A stretch of 63,963 nt of DNA, counting the filler, from Licmophora abbreviata (taxonomy: Eukaryota): assembly GCA_900291995.1 (NCBI GenBank). It is 7 parts of 7 records of this genome, joined end to end, with 100 filler letters (N's around TTAATTAATTAA, not from the genome) between each part and the next. Parts side by side here need not be neighbours in the genome. Positions count along the whole stretch, not along the records: positions 29,288 to 45,748 come from OLMU01003032.1; positions 45,849 to 49,478 come from OLMU01003033.1; positions 49,579 to 57,067 come from OLMU01003034.1; 4 more parts are not named here. One strand, written 5' to 3'. Shown one piece after another: positions 45,580 to 57,167 of the stretch (positions are counted from its first letter, which is position 1; each line of letters starts with the position of its first letter). A program made the translations under genes and the position numbers. The notes beneath the pieces are model-generated. The model did not search any database and had not been told where the DNA came from. It worked only from the letters and a program-made list of their open reading frames with translations.

Positions 45580-48500
45580 TCAGGGCGCGTCGATCGCGCC
45601 AAAGTCGATGTCGACCTCGAACTCGTCTTCGGCATCATCGTCGATGTCAATGACCTCCATCGTAGTTTTTCGCCGTGACACGGCCTTCGCTCTGGCAGTG
45701 CGTTTAGCGGATGGCTTTCTGTCTTGCTGGTCTGTTCTCGGGCGCTTGNNNNNNNNNNNNNNNNNNNNNNNNNNNNNNNNNNNNNNNNNNNNTTAATTAA
45801 TTAANNNNNNNNNNNNNNNNNNNNNNNNNNNNNNNNNNNNNNNNNNNNCTGGTCTGTTCTCGGGCGCTTGGCAGGAAGACGATCCAGGTATTTCTGCAGA
45901 CCTTCGAGCTCAACGAATGCTTTGATGTTCTTCACAAGCCTCTCGCCGTATTCTTTTACAACGTTCTCGCCGAGGACTCCTAGCGCTTCAAGCTCATCCA
46001 TGGAAGTAGGGACTTGAGAGGCGATTGACGACATGGCATCGTTCTTCATGATATTCCAATCTGCGTACAAAAATGACAGAGACTGAACGGGTTAGCTAGG
46101 GACAAACACCGAATCAACACATTACGCGAAAGGCCACTCACAGTAGACGTTCTTTCCAGCCATTCTCTCTTCGTCGGCCCACATGGTGACTAGTTTCTTG
46201 ATACGCTTGACAAGCTGTGAGCTCTGCTTCTTTGGTAGAACGTGTTGGTGAGACGCAGCCGACGACTTGCTTCCGACCTTGCGGGACGAATCGTCGTCGC
46301 TCCAGGACTCATCTTCCGACTCGTCGGAAAGGCAGAGAACGCCCTTTTTCGCTTTGATACTTTTCATGCCTGGTTTCTTCGTTCCGGTCTTCGGAGACTT
46401 GCCCTTGGCAGTTTTTTTCGTGTTCGCGGCATTCTCTTTGTTCTTCGATGCAGATCCCTTCTTCGGGAAGTCGACGAAGAAACGACGCTGGCCGTTCTGT
46501 ACAGCCTCTGCGAATTCGCCAGGACGGAGGTAGTCTGAATTGAAGCCACCTTGATTCACCTCGGATGTTTCTTCCAGTATCTTCTCGTACACCATCGCGT
46601 GAACTATCCGGTCAAGGTCTACTTTCGAGGACTTGGAGCCGGCACCGTATCCTCGGAGCCTCGCTGTCTGGATGAATTTAGTTGCTGCCTTTGTCTTGCT
46701 TCCACGATACAGTTCTGTAAGTTGCATCATAGTGACTCCCCGACCGTTTCGCTGTGCTGATATCTCCGCCAGCAGGTTGAGGATGGCGACCGCAGTAGTC
46801 GTCAAATCACGCCGGTCGGACTCTCGTCCTGCTCTACAGTTGTCGCATGTCCTTCCACACTTCGAAGGATCGAAGTTTTCGCCAAAGAACTGAAGCTGCA
46901 TGGTTCGACGGCATAGAAACTCGTTCTCGCAGTAGCGCAGACACGTGTAGAGTTGGTCGACCTTTCGGCGGGTACTCTGGCTACGAGGATTGTTCGACGA
47001 CTTCATGATCATGCCTTCTAATATCCGTTTGTCTTTGTAGGCGTAGTAAAGGATGCAATCGCTTGGCTCGCCATCTCGTCCAGCCCTGCCGGATTCTTGG
47101 TAGTAGTGTGTGATCGACTTTGGCATGGAGTAGTGTATCACGTATCGAACATCGGGCTTGTCAATGCCCATTCTAGAAGCGACGAGACAATTGGTGAGCA
47201 ACGACAAGGAAAGCCGCAACTTCTCAGTCAGTGAGGTCTGCGCACTTACCCGAAAGCAATCGTCGCACAAAGCACGCTGATGACACCTGTGCTCCAAGCA
47301 TGGTGCCGACGAGCTCGTTCGTCGGGATCCAGCTCCGCATGATAGTACGACACTTTGACATCTCGACAACCCTTCGCCACCAGCTTCTCTTGCAGCTTTC
47401 CGGACACGGTTTCACAGTCTTTTCGACTCAAACAGTAGATGACACCGGAGTCCTGCGAGCGCTCGACAACATATTCCGCGATTTCGTCCGTACTCTTGGA
47501 GCCTTTCTTTCGAACTTCGTAGCGCAAATTGGGGCGGTTGAAGGAAGAGCGGTAGCGGTATTCATTGCGCATGCCGAGCGCTCGAATGGCATCGTTCACG
47601 ACCTTTTCGTTCGCCGTAGCAGTCAATGCCATGAGCGGAACCCTGGGGTAGTCGCGTCGAAGTGACCCAAGCTGGTTGTAGTCTGGTCTGAAGTCATGAC
47701 CCCAGTCGCTTAGACAGTGCGCTTCGTCCACCACGAATCGACTGATAAGATTCTTACTGTGCAACTTGCTAAGAACACCGCGGATCATGCCGGATCGACT
47801 CAGCTTTTCTGGAGTAATATAGAACAGCTTGACGCCACTGTGACCGCTCGTCGTGTTGAGACGTTGGATTATCTGTCGTTGCTCTGTCTCGTAGTCTTGT
47901 GCCGAATTGAGGAACACTGACTCCACACCAAGTTTCGTGAGAGACTGCACTTGATCTTGGATCAACGAAAGCAAGGGAGAAATCACAACGGAGAGACCTG
48001 GGCTACACCACGCCGGTAGTTGATAGCAAAGCGACTTTCCGCCCCCCGTGGGCATCAACACGAAGACATCGCGTCCTTGGATGGCATGTTCGATGACATC
48101 TCGCTGTCCAGGACGGAACGAGTGATGACCAAACTTGCGTTTGTTTTCGGTGACAATGTCCTTCATCTGCCCTGGGTCGTAATCCGCATCACCAATGAAT
48201 CCTTCCTCCGACGCGTGTAGATTGCCCGAAACGCCATCGGCCCATTCAAAGAAATCGCACTGCTCACCTTCGGGCATGGGACACTTGTAGAACTGTCGTC
48301 CCATATTGACAGCTGTGCTAGCTGTGAGGACACGACAAGGCTGACTATGGCCAGGACAGAGCGGGACGTTATCGCCTCCAGTGGGAAGAGCTGCATACGA
48401 AGCGCTTACAAACGGAGTCTCGCTGGCAAAGGAACCAGAATTTCCAGCCACGAACGATGAGGTCGAATATGCTGTTTCATATCCATGATCCCCCGATGAG

Positions 48501-49603
48501 GCTGACGTGCTGTAAGCAAAGCTGTGACCGTCATTATTCCCGAACGGCGCAGCAGGACCTACAGGGTTTGACCCAGAAGAGTAGCGAGATGCGACTCCAG
48601 AACTGCTCGCATACCGGCTGGATCCAGAGAGACTCGATACATTCGAGCCATTCGAGTATCTCGATGGAGCTCCTCCGAGCGAGATGCTAGTACTACCACT
48701 GGATGCGCTGCAGTAGCGCGGGGCTGCAGCATCGTCGAAGGAAATGATCGGCGATTGTCCCGTGACGAGACTGTTCCGAGGAGCACTCTGGCCTTGTGCC
48801 CAGTCACTGCCATAGTCAAACGAAGTTTCCTGTTGCTGCTCACGTCGCGCTACTAGTTGATCGACATCGAGCTCTGCAAACAGGGAGTCGTCGACGTCGT
48901 CGCTCGTATCCATGGGAGCGAGTGGAGCCGGTTCTTGCGCCGTCGAAAATGTACCTACGCCACTGTTCTGCGTCGTCAGGCTCCGCAGCCGTTCTCGTTC
49001 TTCAGACTGCGCTGCGCGTCGTCCAAACACTGCGTCTGCACAAGCTGGAGAGTTGAAAGCAGTAGGACGATGCTCCCCATACACCGCATTGTGCCGATTC
49101 CGAATGCGACGGGTCGGTGAGAGAAAAGGCGGGCCCTCGATCGCATGCTCGGGTTCCTTCGGGAGAGGTGGTCGTTGTATCGAATTCGAGGATGAGACAG
49201 ATTCAAGGTTGGGTCTAGCAGGGAGATCGTTCTGGTGCTCACTGTATAGCCGCACGCCTTCTTCGGCCGACAGTTCGACACGTTCCAGCGATGTGGCGTA
49301 CAGTCGACCGTCGCGTCGGCTGGTGTCCCCATCTCGCACAAAGGTGTACCCGCCGACACGTCGTCTCTCCTCCCAGCGGCGCTCTGCAAAGCTCGTTCCA
49401 TCTGGCTGCACCGCATACTCAAATCCAGCGAGGAGTCCCTGCTTGGGCTTGCCCTCACTCCGAAGCGACTGCAGGAACNNNNNNNNNNNNNNNNNNNNNN
49501 NNNNNNNNNNNNNNNNNNNNNNTTAATTAATTAANNNNNNNNNNNNNNNNNNNNNNNNNNNNNNNNNNNNNNNNNNNNGAGGTAGATAGCTCGTCGATGA
49601 CAT
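45580..49603 (-). CDS. RecQ (BLM/RECQ4A-like) helicase with an N-terminal GRF zinc finger, RQC and HRDC domains; spans two gaps
   Basis: [64 protein letters not shown] cysteines and HRDC-like VPTSMDEL...YGERLV. The start at 49603, beyond the gap, is tentative. Confidence 0.93.
45749..45848. other. Assembly gap with linker; flanks overlap by 22 nt
   Basis: 45727-45748 is identical to 45849-45870. Confidence 0.93.
49479..49578. other. Assembly gap with artificial linker
   Basis: 100-nt N run containing TTAATTAATTAA. Confidence 0.97.
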
Positions 49604-49961
49604 GGTGAGCTGGTATCAATCGGTATGCAGATGCAGAACAGTACCGGTACCCTCTCTTCGGATCACTGCGACGTTGCGGCCACCATGGTTGAGCTGTCGC
49701 GACGACGCCGCTGAGGGGTGGGATGGCGACGCTTTCCGGTGATCCTCACGTTGCAGTCAGTATGATTTCTACGCGTCGCCATTGCTTTGATGGCGCGCTC
49801 GAGGTCGATTCATGAGAATGTACATCCAAAGCTCGTGAGAAACTTGCGAAGCAGCTCGACAAGAAGTTCAATCGACATCCCCCTACATATCTCGTCGTCG
49901 ACTACTCGTATGACATGAAACTACAGCCTAGACTCCTTTTGACAACAGTATGTGAGCTTTA

Positions 49962-51050
49962 TCAAACATTCTCAACGGCATCGAGGCTTTGTACTCTCTC
50001 GTAGCCCTTCTGTGCTCGTTCGGTCGCGGTGCAAAATACGACAACGCCACCACAAACTATTAGCAACGACAGTAGCTTCACTTGAGAAAAGCACATTTCC
50101 TGACCTCCGAGACGTCCACAGTAAGCCCATGAGGTCACAACAAATACTAGCACGGCCTGCAGTCCCTTCATCACTCCAGCACTCGTGGCCCCGCCAGCGT
50201 AGTGTCTCAGGGTGTGGAAGAAGCTGATACTGTGAAGAAAGTTTGCAAGCGCAAAGGCCACCATGATGCCAAATGCGTACATCAATGATGTCCCAGCTTC
50301 TTCCATTGGCTGAAGTATTAACTCCTCATAACGGGGCAGTGTATAGATGACCTGCCATATCAGCATTGCAACTAGAGCGACGTTCCCTTGAACAGCGCAA
50401 TTCACGGGATACGACAGGGGTTCGTCCCCATGAGTCATGATGGCTTCGCTCATGACATACGTCAAGGCATGCATAACTGATCCACAGAGTACTAGCAAAG
50501 AGCCGTGGAAGACCTGAGGGCCCAATGAAATCGAGTTCAGACCCGTAATGGTCAACCCACCAAAGACTATACATACGCCGATCCATTGCAGTGGCGTCAT
50601 TCGCCGCGACAAGAGAAATCGAGAAAAGAAAGCAGTCCACACCGTCACTGACGAATAGATGATCGAGAAAAGAGTAGGTCCTGCCAGAGTCGCTCCGGTG
50701 TAGTTCAACGCCTGAGCGAACAAGTCAAAACCGGCGATGCCCGCGCACTTGAGGGTTGCGGCTCGAGACGGCCATTCAGTCCCTTTCCACACCAGATAGA
50801 ACGTCACACTGGCAGGTCCCATGTAATAAAACAGCATATAAACCTGACAGCTGGAGTCTGCTAAGCCTGCTTCTTTGGCCAGTGCCATTATAAGTGGCTG
50901 TGTGACGCCCGAAAGCACGTAGATGGCTGCAAGCGCGTATGTGAGCGCCGCTTCCGGAACATGGCGAACTTCCATCTTCTTTTGCATCTGGCTCATTCGA
51001 AACTCTACTCTATTCTGCAGGGACCCACACATTCGCAATAATGGTGCCAT
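49962..51050 (-). CDS. EamA/SLC35 (DMT superfamily) transporter
   Basis: About 10 hydrophobic segments; IIYSSVTVWTAFFSRFLLSRRMTPLQWIG and GATSAGVMKGLQAVLVF. The true start may be at 50996. Confidence 0.85.
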   Translation of the reverse strand: MAPLLRMCGSLQNRVEFRMSQMQKKMEVRHVPEAALTYALAAIYVLSGVTQPLIMALAKEAGLADSSCQVYMLFYYMGPASVTFYLVWKGTEWPSRAATLKCAGIAGFDLFAQALNYTGATLAGPTLFSIIYSSVTVWTAFFSRFLLSRRMTPLQWIGVCIVFGGLTITGLNSISLGPQVFHGSLLVLCGSVMHALTYVMSEAIMTHGDEPLSYPVNCAVQGNVALVAMLIWQVIYTLPRYEELILQPMEEAGTSLMYAFGIMVAFALANFLHSISFFHTLRHYAGGATSAGVMKGLQAVLVFVVTSWAYCGRLGGQEMCFSQVKLLSLLIVCGGVVVFCTATERAQKGYERVQSLDAVENV

Positions 51051-51550
51051 TCAGAGCCAACATGGTCCACAGATTCATCGGCGACCACGCGAAGATTCTG
51101 GTGTTCGCCGCCGTCGGCCGTCGCGGTCTCCGGTTTCGTCACGTGTCGCCTCTAAAAAACTGGGTCGACGTACGAGCGCCGATTCTGGTTTAAATGTACT
51201 TTCGCGCTATCTACGCTACCGGTAACTGATGACGGAAGATCAATGGCACAACACAAAACCGAGCTCTGGTTCAGCTGTGATTGACAAATATGCTCGTGCC
51301 ATTGCCGAAAATGAGGAGCTATCGCTAGTCCGTATCATCTTCGAAGCATCTGAGAACAAAGCATCTATATGTAGTGGCCGAGCACTCAAACCTACCGGAG
51401 TGAAACTAATATAGTAGGAGAGTTGAAACGCGTTGATTTACATGCTTGCCTATTGATACAAAAAGCGTGAAAGGGGTGTTGCAACAGAGAGAGGCCCCGA
51501 TCTCACGCCTGCTCCCATAGATGTAGTCGATGTTATTCCCCATATTGTGG

Positions 51551-54500
51551 TTATACCGCCATAGATCCGCCAAACCCGCCAATGCTGGGCTGGAGTGGAG
51601 TCAGATTCGTCAGAGTATCACTGCCGCTATCGATCGGCGATGGGGCCTTCTTTTTCATTGGTCGCGAGCCACCGCCATGTGTTCGACACAACTGGAGCTT
51701 TCCAATGGCAACGCGGTTGCACCCGTCCAGTTTGCAACGTACGCCGCCCCCGTGCTGAAAAAGGAAAGAATCAAGTGAGGCCAAACTTCGTTCACGGGCC
51801 ACATTCTACATAGGCACACACATAGCATCACTTACGCCTGCGCAGAATTTTGTCCTTCCACGAGCCACTTTCTGACAACCAGGGTTTGCGCACTTCTTGC
51901 CGCCCCCATGCTTGACGCAAAACTTAGTCGATGACTGGGCCGACTTGTCGCATCCTTCGATAGAGCAGCGCCGTCCACCCCCATGACTAGTACAAAGACT
52001 CGATCCTCCCACGGCCGACTTTGTGCATCCTTCGAACCTACATCGCTTTCCGCCTCCGTGACTGTACATTACATTCAATACACCGAAAAATCATGTGTTA
52101 GGTCGTACCGATGAGAAATACACAAAGAGGTCATGCTTTCCCATTTCAAATACTTACGCCGCACAGAAGAACTTGTCCCGGGCTCCTTTGTCGCAGCCTG
52201 GGTGTGTGCATCGTCGACCTCCTCCGTGCGCAATGCAGAATCGAGTCGATCCCTGCGCACACTTAGGACAGCCAGGAGATTCGCATAGGCGATTCCCGCT
52301 ATGCCGAGTGCAGTAGGGCCTCCGGGCTACCGCCGCTTCGCCACAGCCTTCGATACGACACATCTACGATTGGAGTAAACGTTGACACGGTGTGAGAAGA
52401 AATTCGGCGAAACGATTCGAGGTGGCGAGAGAAATTGACAATACCTTTGTTCCGGCTACAACCGGCTGCGTGTCAATGGGAATGCAGTATTGTTCGCCGG
52501 TGAGAGAATGCACGGGTTCAGGAACCACGGGCATAGAAAAATTTGATGTAGTAGATGCCAGTTGCATCTGGTAGGAGGCCGCCCCTGCGCTCACACTGTA
52601 TGTCGGTCTTGAAGCAATGTTACTCATCGGAAGCGACAACGAGCCGTTCACTGCAGGACCCTGGAACGCTGACGCAGACACCGGAGTGCCTAGTGGCAGC
52701 GAAAGGCTCGGAAATGGTTGCGACGTCTGAAACGGAAACGTCTGAACCGGCGCGATCGGCTGATTACTTGGTGTTTGCACGGTAATGTGAGCTCTTTTTG
52801 ATCCCGAAGAGTTGGTGTCGATGTGTTGGTGCGCCGTCCAAGGGACCGCTTCGCCAACGGCCTTGACCGCTTCCTGCAAGTGGTTCTGCACGAAGTTATA
52901 AGTCTCAGGGGGGACCTGCGAGGCAGCAGAGGAATCAATGTTGATACTCTGAGGCGTCGGCATGCCCGATACATCGTCTGGTAGACCAAGAGTTTGCAGC
53001 TGAATAGACAACGACGAGCTCCTCTCACGAGCTTGTTCCTGAAATCAAAGCGAAGAAAAAGGGTCGAGACAGTAAGCGCGATGGCGATTGCGTGACATCG
53101 ATGGAGCGACAAGCTGAATCAGCTACGTACCAAGGTAGAAATAGAGTTGTGCGGGCGCTTCTTGCGGAGAAACTCCTGCTGCATCTCCACGTCGGCAGCC
53201 ATTTCTCCAAGATCTGCAGGGGCCACGTCCTTCCACAACTCCTTGCTCACACTCTCGTGAGGTTCGACTGTTTCGAGGCCGGTCCAGAGAAGTCGCAAAG
53301 CTTGTTGAACAAACCTCAGAACGGTTGGCACTGGGTCCGCCCTTACAAGAGAATAGCACCCCACGACACAGCTCGGCGACGAGCTCCCTGTTGAGAATAT
53401 GGGCACGGCGAGCGCTGCTTGTATCTTTGCTTGATCGAAGGCTAGGACACGCTGCGAATCAACAATCACGGACTGGCAACGAATGAACATCGTTAAGTGA
53501 GCATACGATCCCGAGCATCCTGGGCAGCTACATCTTCAAGTTGTGACTTCTTACATAGTTCGCACTCCAGACTGGATTTCCGGATGCGAAAGCTCGCCCC
53601 ACTGCTCCTTCCCACAATTCAACATGAGCATGCTTTGAAAGACGTTTGAATTCACATAGCGCCTCGTTCGTTTCAGAACTCGTAACAGAAGTGACATGGC
53701 ACAGACTATCGTAGCCTTTTGTGCTACTCTGCGGAATCCACACGTCGCAGACATCGAACACCGACATGCCAAGGAATGCAGTCGCAAATTCCTCCAGTCG
53801 TTCCTTCTGAAGTGCAGGCATAATTGGCTTATTCACCTCAACTATCGCCGAGGATCCATTGCCGACCGTTACCCCCGCACTCTGTCTCACATTACCGTGC
53901 TGTTCTGGGTGGTACCCAAGAATACCGTTGTCCGACCCGCTATTCATAATCGTCGACCATACGCCAAACGAAGCCTCGTCAAAAGCATCGCTATGCTGCG
54001 ATTCAGAACCAAGCGCACTATCGTCGATCGATCCGCCGAGTTCCGCGAAGGATGGGAGCATTGGTATTCCAAAGCAGTCTTTCGGTGCATCTGTCAAGTC
54101 GGAATGCTAGCGGCGATGCGGAAAAGAAATACAAAGAAAATCACGTGAGACGTATTGCAGTCAGTAGGAGCAGAGAAGAATCGACCTAACCCAGGACGTA
54201 CATGCTCCGTATCTTCTAACGACACATAATGAGCGACTACTCCATCGCCAAGTGAGGGGTCTTCGTAATGAGGTTGTTCGGCGAGGCCATCTTGGTGTCC
54301 ATCTTCGAGAGCGGGACGCATCGTGTTCGAATCAAACACCGGGAGCAAACACGGAATCGACGACGAAGTGGCGCTTCGACTGATAAACTGAAGATACTCC
54401 ATCGCATCATCCGTACTCTCAATATTTTCAGGAGAAAACATGACAACCACACACATATTTCCTTCCGAGTCCACCGCAACTGGCATGCCGACGGCCGTCT

Positions 54501-55187
54501 GTAGACGCATGTCCGAACGTCCCAGAAGTCCCTCGCGTTTCTCACAATTCGCCCAGACCACCTGGGCGGTATTCGAAATTGCATCGACTAATTGTGGGGA
54601 GAGAACGTGTTTCTCTAGATCCTCACTAGAACACGCTGCTTCCTCCTCTCGGTTCGATTCTTCAGGATTGACTAGATCCGAACGCCGGTCCGTGTACGAC
54701 TTGGACGTATAGAGCTGAACAAATCGAAGTTTTCGATTCGCAGCATCCTCACCGTCGCCATCAGCCGTGCCTGTAGATCCAGACTCATCCTTCTTTTCCT
54801 CTAAATGATTCAGTGGCGAAACGCAGAGGCGACAAGGGGGCAGAGAAGACGGTAAGACATCATGAAGGACAACAACATCAACTCTCTCTAAAACTTCATC
54901 CGAAGCTTGGGACTTTTGATGATCACGTGACGTGTCAACAAGAAAGCATCCGTTATTCCATAATCAATATTGTGGGAGAGACGACCGTATTTATGAAATA
55001 CGACATTCACGAGACGCTCGTCACAGCTCGGAGACTCGACGATTGGGTTCCGAAGAGACGAGCACGTACCAATGGCCATGAGCGTCGAGGAGCCATTTTG
55101 GTTCGATGTCCACCAGACTTCTCCAATATCAAACCCTAGACCTGCACATGCCACTTGCAGATAAGCCCGAACGCGTTCCGGGTCCAT
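51551..55187 (-). CDS. Multi-exon protein with N-terminal GAF-like domains (NIN-like-protein type) and seven WRKY19-like C-x4-C...C-x2-HGGG zinc fingers
   Basis: Consecutive same-strand exons with GT-AG boundaries encode FDIGEVWW, TAVGMPV, FDVCDVW, GAVGRAFASGNPVWS and AALAVPIF, then a P/S/Q linker, then repeats such as CSIEGCDKSAQSSTKFCVKHGGG. Confidence 0.72.
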
Positions 55188-55456
55188 GGTGCTTGTCTGC
55201 GCCTTGAAAAAGGACAGCGGGTTTTGGCTTGTTTGTCGCCACTGATCTCGATGGGGCGCACAAAATGAAGTTCAAGCGTGTGCCCGAATACCGAATACAG
55301 ACTGGGCAAGAACGATCCGAGATTCCTCACGTAGATTCTACGTGGAATCTGTACTGCCACGTTGATCCCGCCAATCATCTTTATCCCTACTTTGTGAATA
55401 TTGCATGCCTGATTTCTTCAAGAGTTAGTTCACTTTTCCTTCTGTGGTCTAAACGT

Positions 55457-56428
55457 TTAGTTATTACTAGCCAATGAACTACTAGGCGGCATCATATCAC
55501 CGAGGCCTGCGACAGCTGTGCCAGCAACCTCGGTCGACAACACGGCCACCGGCACTTCTACTTTCGCCGCCGCCTGACTGACCGGAGGAGGAGTCTTCGG
55601 CTTGCGTTTCATTCCGCCCCCCGTCTGTTTTTTTGGCTTGGCGGATGCCGGAACTGTCCCTTTTAAGAGAAGTTGGGTTTCGTCTTTTCCTTCCATGCCA
55701 AGCGGTACCATGTGTTCTCGCGCCAGCAACTGCCACGAACGCGCCGATTTTTCAAAGATCACTTCCAGCCAATGCAAGTCGTCTGGCGACGACGATGAGT
55801 CTTTCACTTGCTCGTAGGTTCGCTTTTCCAAATCGTCGTCGTAAACAACACAACGAATAACTGGTAATTTCCAGAGTGACTTTTTCGATGAATCGTCGTT
55901 GTCATTAGCATGAATCGTCTCGCCGCCTGCGGACAAGAAGTACAAGGCAGACAAGACCATTTCTTTGGCGTCCATTGTAGCGGGTACAGTTCCTGGTGAT
56001 ATCGAGAGGCAGCATTGTCGTAATATTGCCTTGGTTGATACCGGAGACGGTGATGACTGCACCACCTGAACGATTGACTGGAAAAGAGACAGTTTTCCGT
56101 CTTGAGCCAATCCAAGCATGGTGTCCTCATCCATGGAGGGGTCCACAGCCCGTCTCTTGACGGTGGCTCGAGAGGAAGCAAATAAAGACGGAGTCGATAG
56201 TTTCTCCATCGCCGATTCACTAGTCGGATTTGACTCTTTCAAAACGCTCTCTCCCAACAAACCATGCAAGACCCTTCGGGCGGCGTCGCTGGTGTGCGTC
56301 GTAGAACGTACTGTCTCGCAAAGAAACGCCATGCCGCTGCCCTTTCGTTTTCGATAGGCGATGCGCGAGATCTGCTTTTCCTCAGGTGCCCAAGGATAGG
56401 GAGAAGCCAAGGGAGTACGGTCCACCAT
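55457..56428 (-). CDS. Hypothetical nuclear protein, possibly with an NFRKB-like winged helix
   Basis: 323-aa intronless ORF with basic NLS-like motifs. LSLFQSIV...MVLSALYFLS loosely resembles the NFRKB winged helix (weak resemblance). Confidence 0.55.
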   Translation of the reverse strand: MVDRTPLASPYPWAPEEKQISRIAYRKRKGSGMAFLCETVRSTTHTSDAARRVLHGLLGESVLKESNPTSESAMEKLSTPSLFASSRATVKRRAVDPSMDEDTMLGLAQDGKLSLFQSIVQVVQSSPSPVSTKAILRQCCLSISPGTVPATMDAKEMVLSALYFLSAGGETIHANDNDDSSKKSLWKLPVIRCVVYDDDLEKRTYEQVKDSSSSPDDLHWLEVIFEKSARSWQLLAREHMVPLGMEGKDETQLLLKGTVPASAKPKKQTGGGMKRKPKTPPPVSQAAAKVEVPVAVLSTEVAGTAVAGLGDMMPPSSSLASNN

Positions 56429-56736
56429 TATGGATGTGATGATCGGTCAAGGCAGAAATGTGAACAGTGCCAAGGCCACAGTTATTGCAATGTGGGCGCA
56501 ACAGCCTCACTGTTATCTGTTATCACTGTTAACACGATCGTGGGTTTTCGATCTCCAAATAGCTCGCAAGTCATTGGTCATCGAAAGCGGGGGGCGACGC
56601 GACAATGATATCGTGTCTCGTGTCCATGTTCAATGAAGTATCCGCACTTCGACTGATCCATCTCGTTTCCTCTCTCACTATGAGGCGATCGCTGAAGGTC
56701 GCACACTAGAGACCAGACGCTCTGTTCACTTTCCAT

Positions 56737-57067
56737 ATGACGGCGTCAGAGTCGCGAACACGCTCGCGACGGAGGGCGCCGTCAATTCTAGATATCGTGA
56801 CACCGCAGTGCTTGCTTGGCGCCATCTTCCTCGCTGCTAGTCTCTTTTTCATCTGCCTGGTGTTCCTACAACAACAACAACAAGCAGAGTCGACGGGCAG
56901 TGCTCAGGTCTCTGTTGGGAAAGCAGCCGATGGACTTCCACCAACGAAGTCCTTCCTCAGGGCGTCACCCACGCCTAATGATTCTGTTCTAGGGCCCATT
57001 TCGCCCGAGGAAGTCTTGACGTATCTCTCTGGATTTCTGAGCGAATTGCACAGTCGATTAGCAGGAC
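56737..57067 (+). CDS. N-terminus of a type II membrane protein, truncated by a gap (possibly a Golgi glycosyltransferase)
   Basis: Basic N-tail, a single transmembrane helix (LLGAIFLAASLFFICLVFL) and a stem region; the ORF runs into Ns. Confidence 0.5.
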
Positions 57068-57167
57068 NNNNNNNNNNNNNNNNNNNNNNNNNNNNNNNNN
57101 NNNNNNNNNNNTTAATTAATTAANNNNNNNNNNNNNNNNNNNNNNNNNNNNNNNNNNNNNNNNNNNN
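57068..57167. other. Assembly gap with artificial linker
   Basis: 100-nt N run containing TTAATTAATTAA. Confidence 0.97.
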
